In this document: piece after piece, positions 9,983 to 19,648 of the stretch
Position numbering within the stretch: position 1 is the first letter of the stretch
How the letters are laid out: every line of letters starts with the position of its first letter
Source: Candidatus Poribacteria bacterium
GTDB taxonomy: Bacteria; Poribacteria; WGA-4E; WGA-3G
Length of the DNA: 64,000 bases
Direction of reading: 5' to 3'
NCBI GenBank assembly: GCA_965242965.1
Contig: OZ251518.1
Location: 1,536,001-1,600,000, forward strand
The notes under the pieces: generated by a model
Seen by the model: the letters and a program-made list of their open reading frames with translations, nothing else
Databases searched by the model: none
Told to the model about the DNA's origin: nothing
Position numbers and translations under genes: made by a program

Positions 9983-10011
9983 TTGACAAACAATGTGTTT
10001 TGTGATATTCT
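9983..10011 (+). promoter_or_regulatory. Sigma70-like promoter
   Basis: TTGACA-17 bp-TATTCT. Confidence 0.6.
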
Positions 10012-10360
10012 TAATATCAGCCTGTTGGCTGAGAATACCACCAACAGCATCCCATCGCTTCAGCGTTGGGAGTATGTTAAAGGTTGAGACGTTCTCAACC
10101 GAGAATAACCTCTTTTTTCACGTACATCGGGTGCGGTGATGATTTTATCAATTCAACATTTCATCACCACTCTCCGATGTCAAATCCCGACCTATTCTTG
10201 AGATGGGTAAACGAGAAAAGGGAACCTTGACAAGAACCGCGCCGTTCCGATAAACAGATCGGATATAGGGGTTCCCTGCAAGGGAGTCCCTATACCCCAT
10301 CGCTTACCGCAATCAGAATTTGCGATACAGCGTCTTTTTTCCAAAAGGAGGCATTGCCCA

Positions 10361-11032
10361 ATGCGAAAAATAGCGATTTTCACGCTAATAATAGTTGTTG
10401 TCATAGCGGGTTGGATGCTTTACCTAGAGCATGATAAAAAGACTTTTATGGAAAGTCTGCCGAAACCACCCGAGCCAGTGAATCCCCGTGTGAACAATTC
10501 TGCCACAGCGGATTCGCCGCCGTTCCAGACCGGCACCAGCACCGGCGAGACTAGCACCGACACTGGCGAAGTCTCATCGGCTGTGCCGCAGGAATCGGTT
10601 CCAGCGAACAGTGACACCCCTGTCCAAGAGAACGAGGACATCACGGTGGGTGATGAGTGGAGAATTGACGATTCACTCCCGCGCGACGAGCCGTCCGATC
10701 TGTGGCAACAACCAGAGAAGTCGGTGGACAGAACGCCACATTTAGAATGGTCTCCAGACGAGCGAGCCGATGCGATGCGAGATTCGTATCTTGAAATGTT
10801 CGGCAATATTCCGCAAGTTTATGTTGCATCCGAATACCAGCGAAAACTTTTCAAAAACGAACGGATGACTATTGACGAACATATTGCTGGCAAAGAGGCC
10901 CTCTTCTACCTCTATCCTCAGCAAAATCAACTCATGTTGGAATTGCTCAGGACGATGAAGGCAGCGGGTATCACTCACTTGGACTACGAGGTTGAGTTTA
11001 ATATATCAGAGTTCGCTGACGACGAAGACTAG
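10361..11032 (+). CDS. Hypothetical protein with N-terminal membrane anchor and low-complexity linker
   Basis: AGGAGG RBS, 223 aa, hydrophobic N-terminus and a Pro/Ser/Thr-rich linker. Confidence 0.8.
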   Translation: MRKIAIFTLIIVVVIAGWMLYLEHDKKTFMESLPKPPEPVNPRVNNSATADSPPFQTGTSTGETSTDTGEVSSAVPQESVPANSDTPVQENEDITVGDEWRIDDSLPRDEPSDLWQQPEKSVDRTPHLEWSPDERADAMRDSYLEMFGNIPQVYVASEYQRKLFKNERMTIDEHIAGKEALFYLYPQQNQLMLELLRTMKAAGITHLDYEVEFNISEFADDED

Positions 11033-11050
11033 AACGCTTATGCCACGGTA

Positions 11051-11207
11051 CCGTAGGAGAGACCTCCTGGTCTTGATGCAATACCGTAGGCGCGCCCGCC
11101 CGGTCTCTCCTACTGGGAAGACATTGAGATATGAAATACCCTCAGATGAAATAGGATGGCCGCAGAAAATGAACCCGGTATGCGCGGTTTTCAACCGCGC
11201 ATACCGG
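11051..11207. repeat. REP-like units, degenerate right TIR and palindrome CCGGTATGCGCGGTT-TTC-AACCGCGCATACCGG
   Basis: Read directly from the sequence. Confidence 0.8.
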
Positions 11208-11324
11208 GGGATTCTGGTGTTTCTGTCCTGTAAAATTTGAAACCAGCAAGGAGAATGTTCTGTTTCACCTGCTTCACTCGTTTCACACAACCTGTAGGAC
11301 AACTCTAGACATCCGTTCTTACAA

Positions 11325-14135
11325 TCACGCGGTATACTCCTCCAACTCGCTCCCCAGCGCATTTGGCTTTCGGCACACGTGAAATTTCCACGTGCCATAC
11401 TGTTTGGCATGATTGACGGCCTTCACCCACCGTTGTGCCGCCTGATGCTTCGCTGCGTCTCGCGGTCTTTCCCTTCCTTTGATTTCCACGATGATCTTCA
11501 CGCCGTTCGTTAAGACAACGATGAAGTCCGGAACGTAGTCCCGCGAGGCATCCTCAAAATAATAGGGGATAGTGAACCCGAGCCCATCATTGCGGACATA
11601 ACTTTTAACAAGGGTAGAGCGTTCCAGTTGAACCGCCGCGCTTCCCTCCCACGTGCTATCCATCGTTACGAAGTTGACGTGACTCTTCTCAGTCGGCTGG
11701 CAGTCTTTGGTGGTACTGAAATCGACATCCGCCGAGCTGCCCGATGGCTTATTTGGGTTGATGCTAGGCAGAAGCGTTGTCTCGCCAGCCTTTTCGTTCG
11801 GGTGAATCGCGTTGAGGAAAAGGTTGACAACCTGCTCCTTATACGTCACGTTTCCTAATTCGCGTTTGTCAGTGTAGCCAAACTTTATCTTCGTGCGTGT
11901 ATAGTCATCTACCAACCGGTAAACCTGAGGGAATAACTGACAGCGAGACAAAACCGGTTTCTCCTGCCACTGAGCTATCGGCAGTCTCTCCAAAATTCGC
12001 TTGACGATGTCAAACTGAATCGTCTGAAAGTGATTGGCATCGTAATACGCCTGCCGGCTCTGTTCAAGGAGTTCGCCGAGATAAATAGGGTTTCCTTCGC
12101 TCAACGTAATGCCACCGGAGAAGACCTCGGGGGCACCTTCAAGGCGGAGTTCCTCCATGTTTGCTACATCCGCCGTGATAGCATCGTGGTGAAGGTTAGG
12201 GTAGCAGTTTTCAACGTTGGGAAACCGAATCTCATGCTGGTGCCGTTCTGGCAAAGCACGGACGCGAGTGGTGGGTTTATCAACACGCACATCCGATTTT
12301 TTCTTCCCTTTGAACGGGATGAGCGTGAACGGGATACCGTAAATGTCAACGTATTCGGCGGGCAGAAGCCCTGTCTGCGCATCGATGTCGTAGCTCATAC
12401 GGCGGAGCCCACGTCCGACAACCTGTTCGCACAGTAGCTGACTCCGAAACGCGCGCAACCCGATAATCTGCGTGACGTTGTTGGCATCCCACCCCTCGTT
12501 GAGCATCGAGACAGAAACGACACACCGAATCTGCTCACCCGGCTGTCCCTCCTTTCCTATCGTGCTGACTACCTTACGGAGGGAATCGGCATCGGCCCCC
12601 TCTTCCGTAAGCCGCTTGCTATCGATGCGGAACGTCTTCACGTCGCCTTCGCTGTTTTTCAGTGCATCAAAAATGTCACTGTGCCCATAAACGACGCGTT
12701 TGCCATTTTCGTCTGCAATCACCTGCTCCCCCGAGATACGGCGATGGAATTCTTCCGCAACCTTCGTCGCTGGACAGACGACAATCATGCAATTCGGTGT
12801 CTTGGATGGGTTTTCATTGAACTGCCGTTTCCATTGACTAGCCAGTGTGATGAGCGCGTCGTTTGCCGCCCGATAAATTTCTTCGGGTGTGGGCTGTTTG
12901 CCTACCTTGGCCGTGATGTGCTCCCACAGGCGGAAATAGTGTGGTTCCGGTCTGCCAGTGCTATCGCTGATGGGGATGCGCGGGATTTTGGTGATGCCGC
13001 TCTCAATCGCATCGCCGAGCCCGAAGTCGCTCACCAGCCACTCAAACGGCTTTCCTTCCGGATGCCCACTGCCGCGCAGATAAAAGGGGGTTGCGGAGAG
13101 ATCTATGGCGAACCGAATGCCGCACGCCTGCTGAATCAGGTCCAACCCCTGAATCCATACGGTGGCAGTCTGCCGTTCCGCCGATTCTTCCCGGTTAAGT
13201 GTTGTCTCAGGTTCAAAGGGGCGATAGGCGTGGTGCCCTTCATCGTTCAGCACCATAATTTCGCCGCGTCCGGCGAGTTCGCCTAAGATGCGCGCAGCAT
13301 AAGCATCCGCTGTTTCCTCCCCCTTTTGCACGACACGGTGCGCCGTGCCGCCCTCTGCATGTTCCGATGCCTTTTCTAGTTGGTGCCAGTTGGTAATCTT
13401 CACCTTCCCGCGCCGGAGGAACGCCTTGAGCATCGGCGGCACTAAGTCAAACGCATCGTAATAGTTGTCCGGCGCGTCCGGACGCAAGACCTGGAGGCGT
13501 TCCTTGATTGTGAGGTTCGGGCAAATCGCCAGCACTGCAGATGGAAACCGCGTATCGGAACGCACCTTCCCACGATTACAAAATGTCCACGCGATGAGCA
13601 TCGCCATGACGACTGTTTTCCCGCTCCCTGTCGCCATCTTACACCCGTATCGGATGAGTTCGCCATCGCGGAGTTGCGCGAAATCTGCATCGCCGAATGC
13701 CGGGGTGAATCCGACGCGATGCTTCGGCCGGCGTATCTCAGCAAGGTAGATAACAGTTTCCACCGCTTCCAACTGACAGAAAAAGAGCGGACGCTGCCTA
13801 TTTTCACGCTGCCAATATCGCAAGAGTTGTCGAGTAACGTGCGTGGCGTTCCGATAGTTGGAAGCACGCCACCGCCGTACATCTTCACGCAGCGCGTTCA
13901 CTAACTGCAAGGTACTCCAGCCTTCTTCCTGCACGAGGCCGAACTGCAATTGTTCATCGGCGGTCGCGTGCTGTTCCACCCAATAACCGGCGGCACGGCG
14001 GCCGCTCAGTTTGCTCGGCCTGCCGGTATCCTTATCGTAAACCCAATGTGCATCTGGTTCAGCGTAAGGCGAACACAGAATCGGTTCGTCAACTGGTTGA
14101 ATCGGGATTTCTTGTTGTTTTTGGTTTTTAGGCAT
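11325..14135 (-). CDS. res: Type III restriction enzyme Res subunit
   Basis: KMATGSGKT Walker A, NDEGHH, LSATP, LNEGWDA, QVVGRGLR and a C-terminal YVPDF...VEIKG PD-(D/E)xK nuclease. Start at MPKNQKQ. Confidence 0.92.
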   Translation of the reverse strand: MPKNQKQQEIPIQPVDEPILCSPYAEPDAHWVYDKDTGRPSKLSGRRAAGYWVEQHATADEQLQFGLVQEEGWSTLQLVNALREDVRRWRASNYRNATHVTRQLLRYWQRENRQRPLFFCQLEAVETVIYLAEIRRPKHRVGFTPAFGDADFAQLRDGELIRYGCKMATGSGKTVVMAMLIAWTFCNRGKVRSDTRFPSAVLAICPNLTIKERLQVLRPDAPDNYYDAFDLVPPMLKAFLRRGKVKITNWHQLEKASEHAEGGTAHRVVQKGEETADAYAARILGELAGRGEIMVLNDEGHHAYRPFEPETTLNREESAERQTATVWIQGLDLIQQACGIRFAIDLSATPFYLRGSGHPEGKPFEWLVSDFGLGDAIESGITKIPRIPISDSTGRPEPHYFRLWEHITAKVGKQPTPEEIYRAANDALITLASQWKRQFNENPSKTPNCMIVVCPATKVAEEFHRRISGEQVIADENGKRVVYGHSDIFDALKNSEGDVKTFRIDSKRLTEEGADADSLRKVVSTIGKEGQPGEQIRCVVSVSMLNEGWDANNVTQIIGLRAFRSQLLCEQVVGRGLRRMSYDIDAQTGLLPAEYVDIYGIPFTLIPFKGKKKSDVRVDKPTTRVRALPERHQHEIRFPNVENCYPNLHHDAITADVANMEELRLEGAPEVFSGGITLSEGNPIYLGELLEQSRQAYYDANHFQTIQFDIVKRILERLPIAQWQEKPVLSRCQLFPQVYRLVDDYTRTKIKFGYTDKRELGNVTYKEQVVNLFLNAIHPNEKAGETTLLPSINPNKPSGSSADVDFSTTKDCQPTEKSHVNFVTMDSTWEGSAAVQLERSTLVKSYVRNDGLGFTIPYYFEDASRDYVPDFIVVLTNGVKIIVEIKGRERPRDAAKHQAAQRWVKAVNHAKQYGTWKFHVCRKPNALGSELEEYTA

Positions 14136-14156
14136 TGTTTTCTCCTTAAGAGTGCA

Positions 14157-14233
14157 GTGGCGAGGGACAGGCCCTCGCCCTACGATGAAAAGGGAAGGCT
14201 CGGTATATCGCGAGGGACAGGCCCTCGCCCTAC
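14157..14233. repeat. REP-like doublet between mod and res
   Basis: 2x GCGAGGGACAGGCCCTCGCCCTACGATGAA. Confidence 0.9.
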
Positions 14234-17100
14234 GATGAAGTCGGAAGTTTCTCAATCTTCATCAACTCATTCCCGCGCCGATCGATGACCTTCACGGCGA
14301 TGCGGTTGTGATTGCCCGCCGAAAACGGCAGCGACTCTGTCCCCGAAAACGCCGCTAGACTCTCCTCATCAACCACCGTCTTTAGCGAGCGCGCGATGTT
14401 AGTCCACGCTTTTTTATTCGGGAAAAATGACTGCGTGGGACAGAAAGTGCGGCCGTCGTAATCCGTGTCCAAAAACCACGCCGCGACTTTATCCGCCTGC
14501 GTCGGTTCAATTGTGTTATCGACAGGATCGTAGGTATCCACGCCTTCCATCTTGACGAAGAACTGCTCATCATCAGTCTTCATTACCTCCATTCGTGGCG
14601 CGCCGATGACGGTGAAGAGCTGATCGCTGTGCGTCTGCCGCAGCAGGTCTTCCATCGCGACATCCGGCGTAATCTGCACGAGATGCGTTTGCACGCGCTT
14701 GTGCTCGTCCTGAATAATCGCCTGCGCCTCCGCCTCAAAGTGAAAGCCGGCGAACAACAGGACATCATAATGGCGACGCGCTTCGCTCAGGCACTCTTCC
14801 ACGAGCAAAGCACTTACCGGCCCGTGCTGCGGCCCGAACACAACCCCTACATCGCGTTCATCGTCCTCAAACTGTCCTTCCGCGTGGAAGAGATCGTCGC
14901 CCGGCAGTAGTTCAAACCGGGCAAAATGCTTGCGCCCACCTTCAAAGTGGACACCGCCTATTTTGAGCAATTGCGCCATCCGTTCCAGATACGCGGTGGC
15001 GTTCGCAGGCTCCCTATCCACTTCAACAGATACCGCTTCCACGTCTAACGACTCCGCTGGTGGTTGCACTCCTTCCACGGTGAAGGGACCGCTTACGCGC
15101 ATCAGGCCCTTCTGCACTTCCGGCTGATCGACGAGCTCCTCCTGCTTTGCGGATGCAGCGATACAGTCATTAACCTCCTTCATCTTGGCTTGCCACGCTT
15201 TCCGGAACCCGATTACTGCCTTTTGCAACGCCTCGGGCCAGTCTGCATCGGTATCAAACGGCACCTCCCATTCTTCCCATGCCGTTTCAGGCAAATCCCA
15301 TCGCCGCCGGTCTGCCTCTGTTACATCACGCCTCCTTTTCTGCTGCAACTTCAGTTTGAGTTGCTTCCTTAGCGGAGGCGTGACGGTTTTCAGCGCGGTG
15401 TTGAGAGCGGCTAACTTCTCCGCGATTATCGGTTCATGCTTCTCGAAAATGGGGTCCAGCGCGCTGTTGTTCGCTATGTCCCTGAGTTGGATGTGAGGAA
15501 TCTGCTCAAGGACAAACCCGCCGCCGACACCTTCCGATGCGTCCTTGAGTTTGTAGTAGTCAAACGTCGCTGTGAGGAGGCGGGTCCGCGCGAGGGTAAT
15601 CGCGATGCGAGAGGTATCAATGGTTATCCAACGCCGTCCCCACTGTTCTGCAACGTAAGCAGTGGTACCGCTGCCGCACGTCGGGTCTAAGACGATATCC
15701 CCCGGGTCTGTGCTCATCAGAATGCAACGCTGAACGGCAGTTGTGTTGGTTTGCACCACATAAACCTTGTTTATTTCGGAGAGTTGCTCACGCCAAAAAT
15801 TGGTGACTTCCGTGTAAGGAGCGTCGGCAAAGTAGTACTTATAGCTTAGATTAGTCTCAAGCGGGATTAACCTGTTCGCTCTTGCGAGTTTCTCTAACCC
15901 CTCAAGACTACACCGCCAGCCTCGCCCATGTTTGGGCCTGTATTCCTTACCGCGGAATGCAAAAACCTGATTCATGGCATCTCCACCGGAAGCAGAAAAC
16001 AGACTGCTGGTTGTGAAAAGTTCAGCGTTTCGGGATAGATTTTGTCCAGCAGAAGCCGAAACTACCTCGCCCGTTGGCAATTCGGCTTTTGAGAATCTGT
16101 TTCTGTCGGACATCTTCTCCAAGAACAGTTGACGAAACTTCAACTGCTCCCGATCCTTGGCATACCAAAGGATAAAGTCGTTTAGGGTTGATAGATACTT
16201 ACTTGTGGAGGTGCTTCGTGTTCTTAACACAATCTCCGCCACAAAATTGTCCGCCCCGAACACTTCATCAAGCAAGCAACGCACCTGATGGACATTCTTA
16301 ACGCTTATCTGCACGAAGATGCTCCCTGAATCCTTGAGCAGTTCGCGAGTGACGACGAACCGTTTTCGCAAATAGGAGAGATAGGAGTGAACTCCGAGTT
16401 CCCACGTATCACGATACGCCTTGATCTGTTCAACTTCGCGCGAAAGGTGCCTATCGCTGTCCCCGCCGCTTGTATCAAACACCTCCGGTTGGAAGTTGGA
16501 GCGGAAGTTGATGCCGTAAGGCGGATCGATGTATGCCATCTGCACCTGGCCTGCCAAACCTTCGCGGTGCGCGAGCGAATCCATCACCATCAGACTATCG
16601 CCGAGGATGAGCCGGTTGGACCACGGGACATCGTGCTCGTAGAATTTCACTGCCTCGCGATATTTCTGCTGCGGATCAGCGAATAAGTCGCGTTGGACAT
16701 CGTTCCGCTTGGCGGTTTCAAGAATGGCTTGCGCGCTGAGCCGTTCGTGAATGAAGAGCGCGACCGGATCGACGGTAAAGGACGTGCCTTCCTCGCGTTT
16801 GTTTGCCCATTCTAGCCACGGCTGCGCGTGGAGTGCGTCCGCGAGAGACTGCGCCTCTTCAGCGGTTAGGGGCCGCTCCTGCGATGCAGTTATAAGACTA
16901 CAGATTTGTGAAGGGGGGGGCTTATAGTCCGAATCGAACCGGAGGATGGGTTGGAGATGCGGGTTGTAGTAGTATTCTATCGGTGGCATTTCAGCGATAT
17001 CTCCTTCGGCACCGAGCCCAACAGGTGGGTTGTTCGTTCGGGTTTTGGTGTCGTGATGGTATGTCCGCGTTTGCGGTGTGTTCCTATTATTTCGTGCCAT
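14230..17100 (-). CDS. mod: Type III R-M adenine methyltransferase Mod subunit (beta class)
   Basis: NRLILGDSL, YIDPPYG (motif IV) preceding LDPTCGSGTT (motif I), and C-terminal IAVKVIDRRG. Adjacent to res. Confidence 0.92.
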   Translation of the reverse strand: MARNNRNTPQTRTYHHDTKTRTNNPPVGLGAEGDIAEMPPIEYYYNPHLQPILRFDSDYKPPPSQICSLITASQERPLTAEEAQSLADALHAQPWLEWANKREEGTSFTVDPVALFIHERLSAQAILETAKRNDVQRDLFADPQQKYREAVKFYEHDVPWSNRLILGDSLMVMDSLAHREGLAGQVQMAYIDPPYGINFRSNFQPEVFDTSGGDSDRHLSREVEQIKAYRDTWELGVHSYLSYLRKRFVVTRELLKDSGSIFVQISVKNVHQVRCLLDEVFGADNFVAEIVLRTRSTSTSKYLSTLNDFILWYAKDREQLKFRQLFLEKMSDRNRFSKAELPTGEVVSASAGQNLSRNAELFTTSSLFSASGGDAMNQVFAFRGKEYRPKHGRGWRCSLEGLEKLARANRLIPLETNLSYKYYFADAPYTEVTNFWREQLSEINKVYVVQTNTTAVQRCILMSTDPGDIVLDPTCGSGTTAYVAEQWGRRWITIDTSRIAITLARTRLLTATFDYYKLKDASEGVGGGFVLEQIPHIQLRDIANNSALDPIFEKHEPIIAEKLAALNTALKTVTPPLRKQLKLKLQQKRRRDVTEADRRRWDLPETAWEEWEVPFDTDADWPEALQKAVIGFRKAWQAKMKEVNDCIAASAKQEELVDQPEVQKGLMRVSGPFTVEGVQPPAESLDVEAVSVEVDREPANATAYLERMAQLLKIGGVHFEGGRKHFARFELLPGDDLFHAEGQFEDDERDVGVVFGPQHGPVSALLVEECLSEARRHYDVLLFAGFHFEAEAQAIIQDEHKRVQTHLVQITPDVAMEDLLRQTHSDQLFTVIGAPRMEVMKTDDEQFFVKMEGVDTYDPVDNTIEPTQADKVAAWFLDTDYDGRTFCPTQSFFPNKKAWTNIARSLKTVVDEESLAAFSGTESLPFSAGNHNRIAVKVIDRRGNELMKIEKLPTSS

Positions 17101-17271
17101 GGTTGATGACTCCTTTGGATGCGCGTTGGGCGGATAGAGACATCCGCCCTGACAAAGTTGCTGCGCTGGGTGGCGATAGACAATCGTCCTGGCAATTGGC
17201 TCGGGTTTCGACAGTTACGGAAATCCGGCTTGATGCCTGGGGCGTTGTTTTGCGCGCCGCCCGCGCGGTTG

Positions 17272-19095
17272 CTAAAAGAGGGTTTTCAGATACTCAATGA
17301 CTTCGGCTCCGAGCGTCGTCAAGATGAGCGTAGATGTCACGGTGGCAAGCATTCCGAGGAGGAGTTTCCAAGGGCTCAGGGCTCCCCTGAGTTCGGCGAA
17401 TTCCTGTCGGGCTTTTTCGTTATCCTCAAAGAGTTTGTCAAACTTCTTGTCGAATTCCTCGTGACGCTTGGCATTTTCCTGCACGAATGCCTGAAACAGT
17501 GCTTCGTTACGCGCGTGGCTTTCGCGAAGTTTTGCCATTTCTCGTTCAGCGTTTTCGCGGAGCACTGCGTATGCCTGATCGGCTTTCTCGCGGTCTTGCT
17601 CGGTTTTCTCAAATCGCCGGTTAAATGCCGCGTCTCGTTCGGCATTCTCTTTGGCGTTTGCTTCGATGAGTGCCTTGGTTCGCGCGTGGCTTTCGGCAAA
17701 TTGCCGGAGTTGCCTGTCAATGTCTGTGCTGCGCGCTGCTTCCTGTTTTACGCGTTCCGCATCGTGTTGCGTCAGTGCCTCCACCGTCGCTTCCAAGCGT
17801 GTGAGGTTTTCACTGTGCTTGGCCTGTTCGCCGATTTGCTGTTCAACTCGTGCGTCGCGTTCGGCATTCTCCTTGGCAAGTGCTTCCCAGAGCGCGTCGG
17901 TTCGCGCCTGGTTTTCGGCAAGTTGCTGGAATTGCCTGTCAATGGCGGCATCTCGCGCTGCCTGCTGTTTTGCGCGTTCGGCATCACGTTGTGTAAGTGC
18001 CTCCACCGCCGCTTCCAAGCGTGTGAGGTTTTCACTGTGCTTGGCCTGTTCGTCGGTTTGCCGGTCAACTCGTGCGTCTCGTTCGGCATTCTCCTTGGCA
18101 AGTGCTTCCCAGAGCGCGTCGGTTCGCGCCTGGTTTTCAGCGAGTTGCCGGAGTTGCTTGTCAATGGCTGCGCTGCGCGCTGCTTCCTGTTTTGCGCGTT
18201 CGGCATCGCGCTGGGCAGCTGCTTCCAAGAGAGCGTCAGTTCGTGCTTGACTTTCTCGGATTTTCGCCATTTCTCGTTCGGCGTTTTCGCGGAGAGCTGC
18301 GTATGCCTGATTGGCTTTCTCGCGGTCTTCTCCAAGTTTATCAAGTCGGCTGTCAATGGCTGCATCTCGCGCTGCCTGCTGTTTGGCACGTTCGGCATCG
18401 TGTTGCGTCAGTGCCTCCACCGCCGCTTCCAAGCGTGTGAGGTTCTCATTGTGCTTGGCCTGTTCGTCGGTTTGCTGTTCAACTCGTGCGTCTCGTTCGG
18501 CGTTCTCCTTGGCAAGTGCTTCCCAGAGCGCGTCAGTTCGTGCTTGGTTTTCAGCAAGTTGCCGGATTTGCCGATCAATCGCTGCGCTGCGCGCTGCTTC
18601 CTGTTTATCTCGTTCTGCCTCGCGCGTGGCGAGTGTTTCGACGAGTGCGTCGGTTCGCGCCTGGTTTTCAGCGAGTTGCCGGAGTTGCCGGTTAAGTGCC
18701 GTGTCTCGGGCTTCTTGCTGTTTATCTCGTTCTGCCTCGCGCGTGGCGAGTGTTTCGACGAGTGCGTCGGTTCGCGTCTGGTTTTCGACGAGTTGCTGGA
18801 GTTGCCGGTTAAGTGCTGCGTCTCGTTCTGTCTCGCGATTAGTGAGTGCTTCAAAGAGGCCCGCTTGACTTTCACGGAGTTCTTCAACGGTTCGCTCTTG
18901 GCTCTTGGAAAGGGTGCCAATAACTTGGACGATTTGCCCTAGCTGCTGCACAACCACCTGAGCCTTCTGATCGCTTTTCACGTAGTTTTCTGAGAGGGCA
19001 GCGGCGTTCGCAGCAAGTTGCTCCAAAAAGCCTTCTACCCGTTCAACCTGCTCCTCAAGTGTGTTGTTCTGCTCAACGTTAACTGTATCCATCAT
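17272..19095 (-). CDS. Tandem-repeat coiled-coil protein with C-terminal transmembrane helix
   Basis: AGGAGA RBS, ~35-39 aa E/Q/A/R-rich repeats (ENQARTDALWEALAKENAERD) and a hydrophobic tail LLLGMLATVTSTLILTTLG. Confidence 0.85.
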   Translation of the reverse strand: MMDTVNVEQNNTLEEQVERVEGFLEQLAANAAALSENYVKSDQKAQVVVQQLGQIVQVIGTLSKSQERTVEELRESQAGLFEALTNRETERDAALNRQLQQLVENQTRTDALVETLATREAERDKQQEARDTALNRQLRQLAENQARTDALVETLATREAERDKQEAARSAAIDRQIRQLAENQARTDALWEALAKENAERDARVEQQTDEQAKHNENLTRLEAAVEALTQHDAERAKQQAARDAAIDSRLDKLGEDREKANQAYAALRENAEREMAKIRESQARTDALLEAAAQRDAERAKQEAARSAAIDKQLRQLAENQARTDALWEALAKENAERDARVDRQTDEQAKHSENLTRLEAAVEALTQRDAERAKQQAARDAAIDRQFQQLAENQARTDALWEALAKENAERDARVEQQIGEQAKHSENLTRLEATVEALTQHDAERVKQEAARSTDIDRQLRQFAESHARTKALIEANAKENAERDAAFNRRFEKTEQDREKADQAYAVLRENAEREMAKLRESHARNEALFQAFVQENAKRHEEFDKKFDKLFEDNEKARQEFAELRGALSPWKLLLGMLATVTSTLILTTLGAEVIEYLKTLF

Positions 19096-19159
19096 ATCTC
19101 CTTTGTAAACTCGCGTAAGGACAAAACTTGCAAATCTGAAGTCCTCCCCTCAGTTAAAT

Positions 19160-19478
19160 GAGGGTGTTTCATAAATCGCTGTAGGAGAGACCTCCCGGTC
19201 TCGATGCAATAGGGCGGTGCACCTACCGGGGCAGCGGCGGCAGAAAGTCCCCCTTCATCGTAGGGCGAGGGCCTGTCCCTCGCCATCGCTCGCGCGCCGG
19301 GTCCTGTAGTTCGGGATCGCCTGATCCCGAACCGTTTGTGATCAGGCGATCACAAACTACAGAGAGGGAAACACACATCGTGACGATGGAGATCGCGGGG
19401 GACAGGCCCCCGCGCTACGGGAACATCAAGACCAGGAGGTCTCTCCTACGGTATTGCATCGAAATATGAAACACCCTC
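19160..19478. mobile_element. MITE-like element with perfect 8-bp TSD AGTTAAAT
   Basis: TIRs at both ends. AGTTAAAT at 19152-19159 and 19479-19486. Confidence 0.9.
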
Positions 19479-19648
19479 AGTTAAATGACTCGTTTGAACT
19501 TTCCAACGTAAGTTTACCATATTTTGATAGTATTTGTCAAGTTTTTTATGAAAAAATCTGACAAAAACGAATTTTATTGCATTAAAACCCACCCTGTGGT
19601 AAACTAAATAAGCAGATAGCCAAAACGAAATGTTTATAGGAGACCGAA

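Noticed and set aside
17119-18942. 607-aa plus-strand Cys/Phe/Leu-rich ORF
   Set aside because: It is the antisense shadow of the repetitive coiled-coil gene, which has the RBS and a plausible composition.
19146-19490. TIR-N6-TIR junction as a lox/dif-like tyrosine recombinase site
   Set aside because: The CCCTCA-GTTAAA-TGAGGG look at this copy is suggestive, but the 40796 copy duplicates GTTTAATT right after CCCTC and the duplications differ per site. This fits an 8-bp TSD better, and no recombinase is in the window. Not fully excluded.
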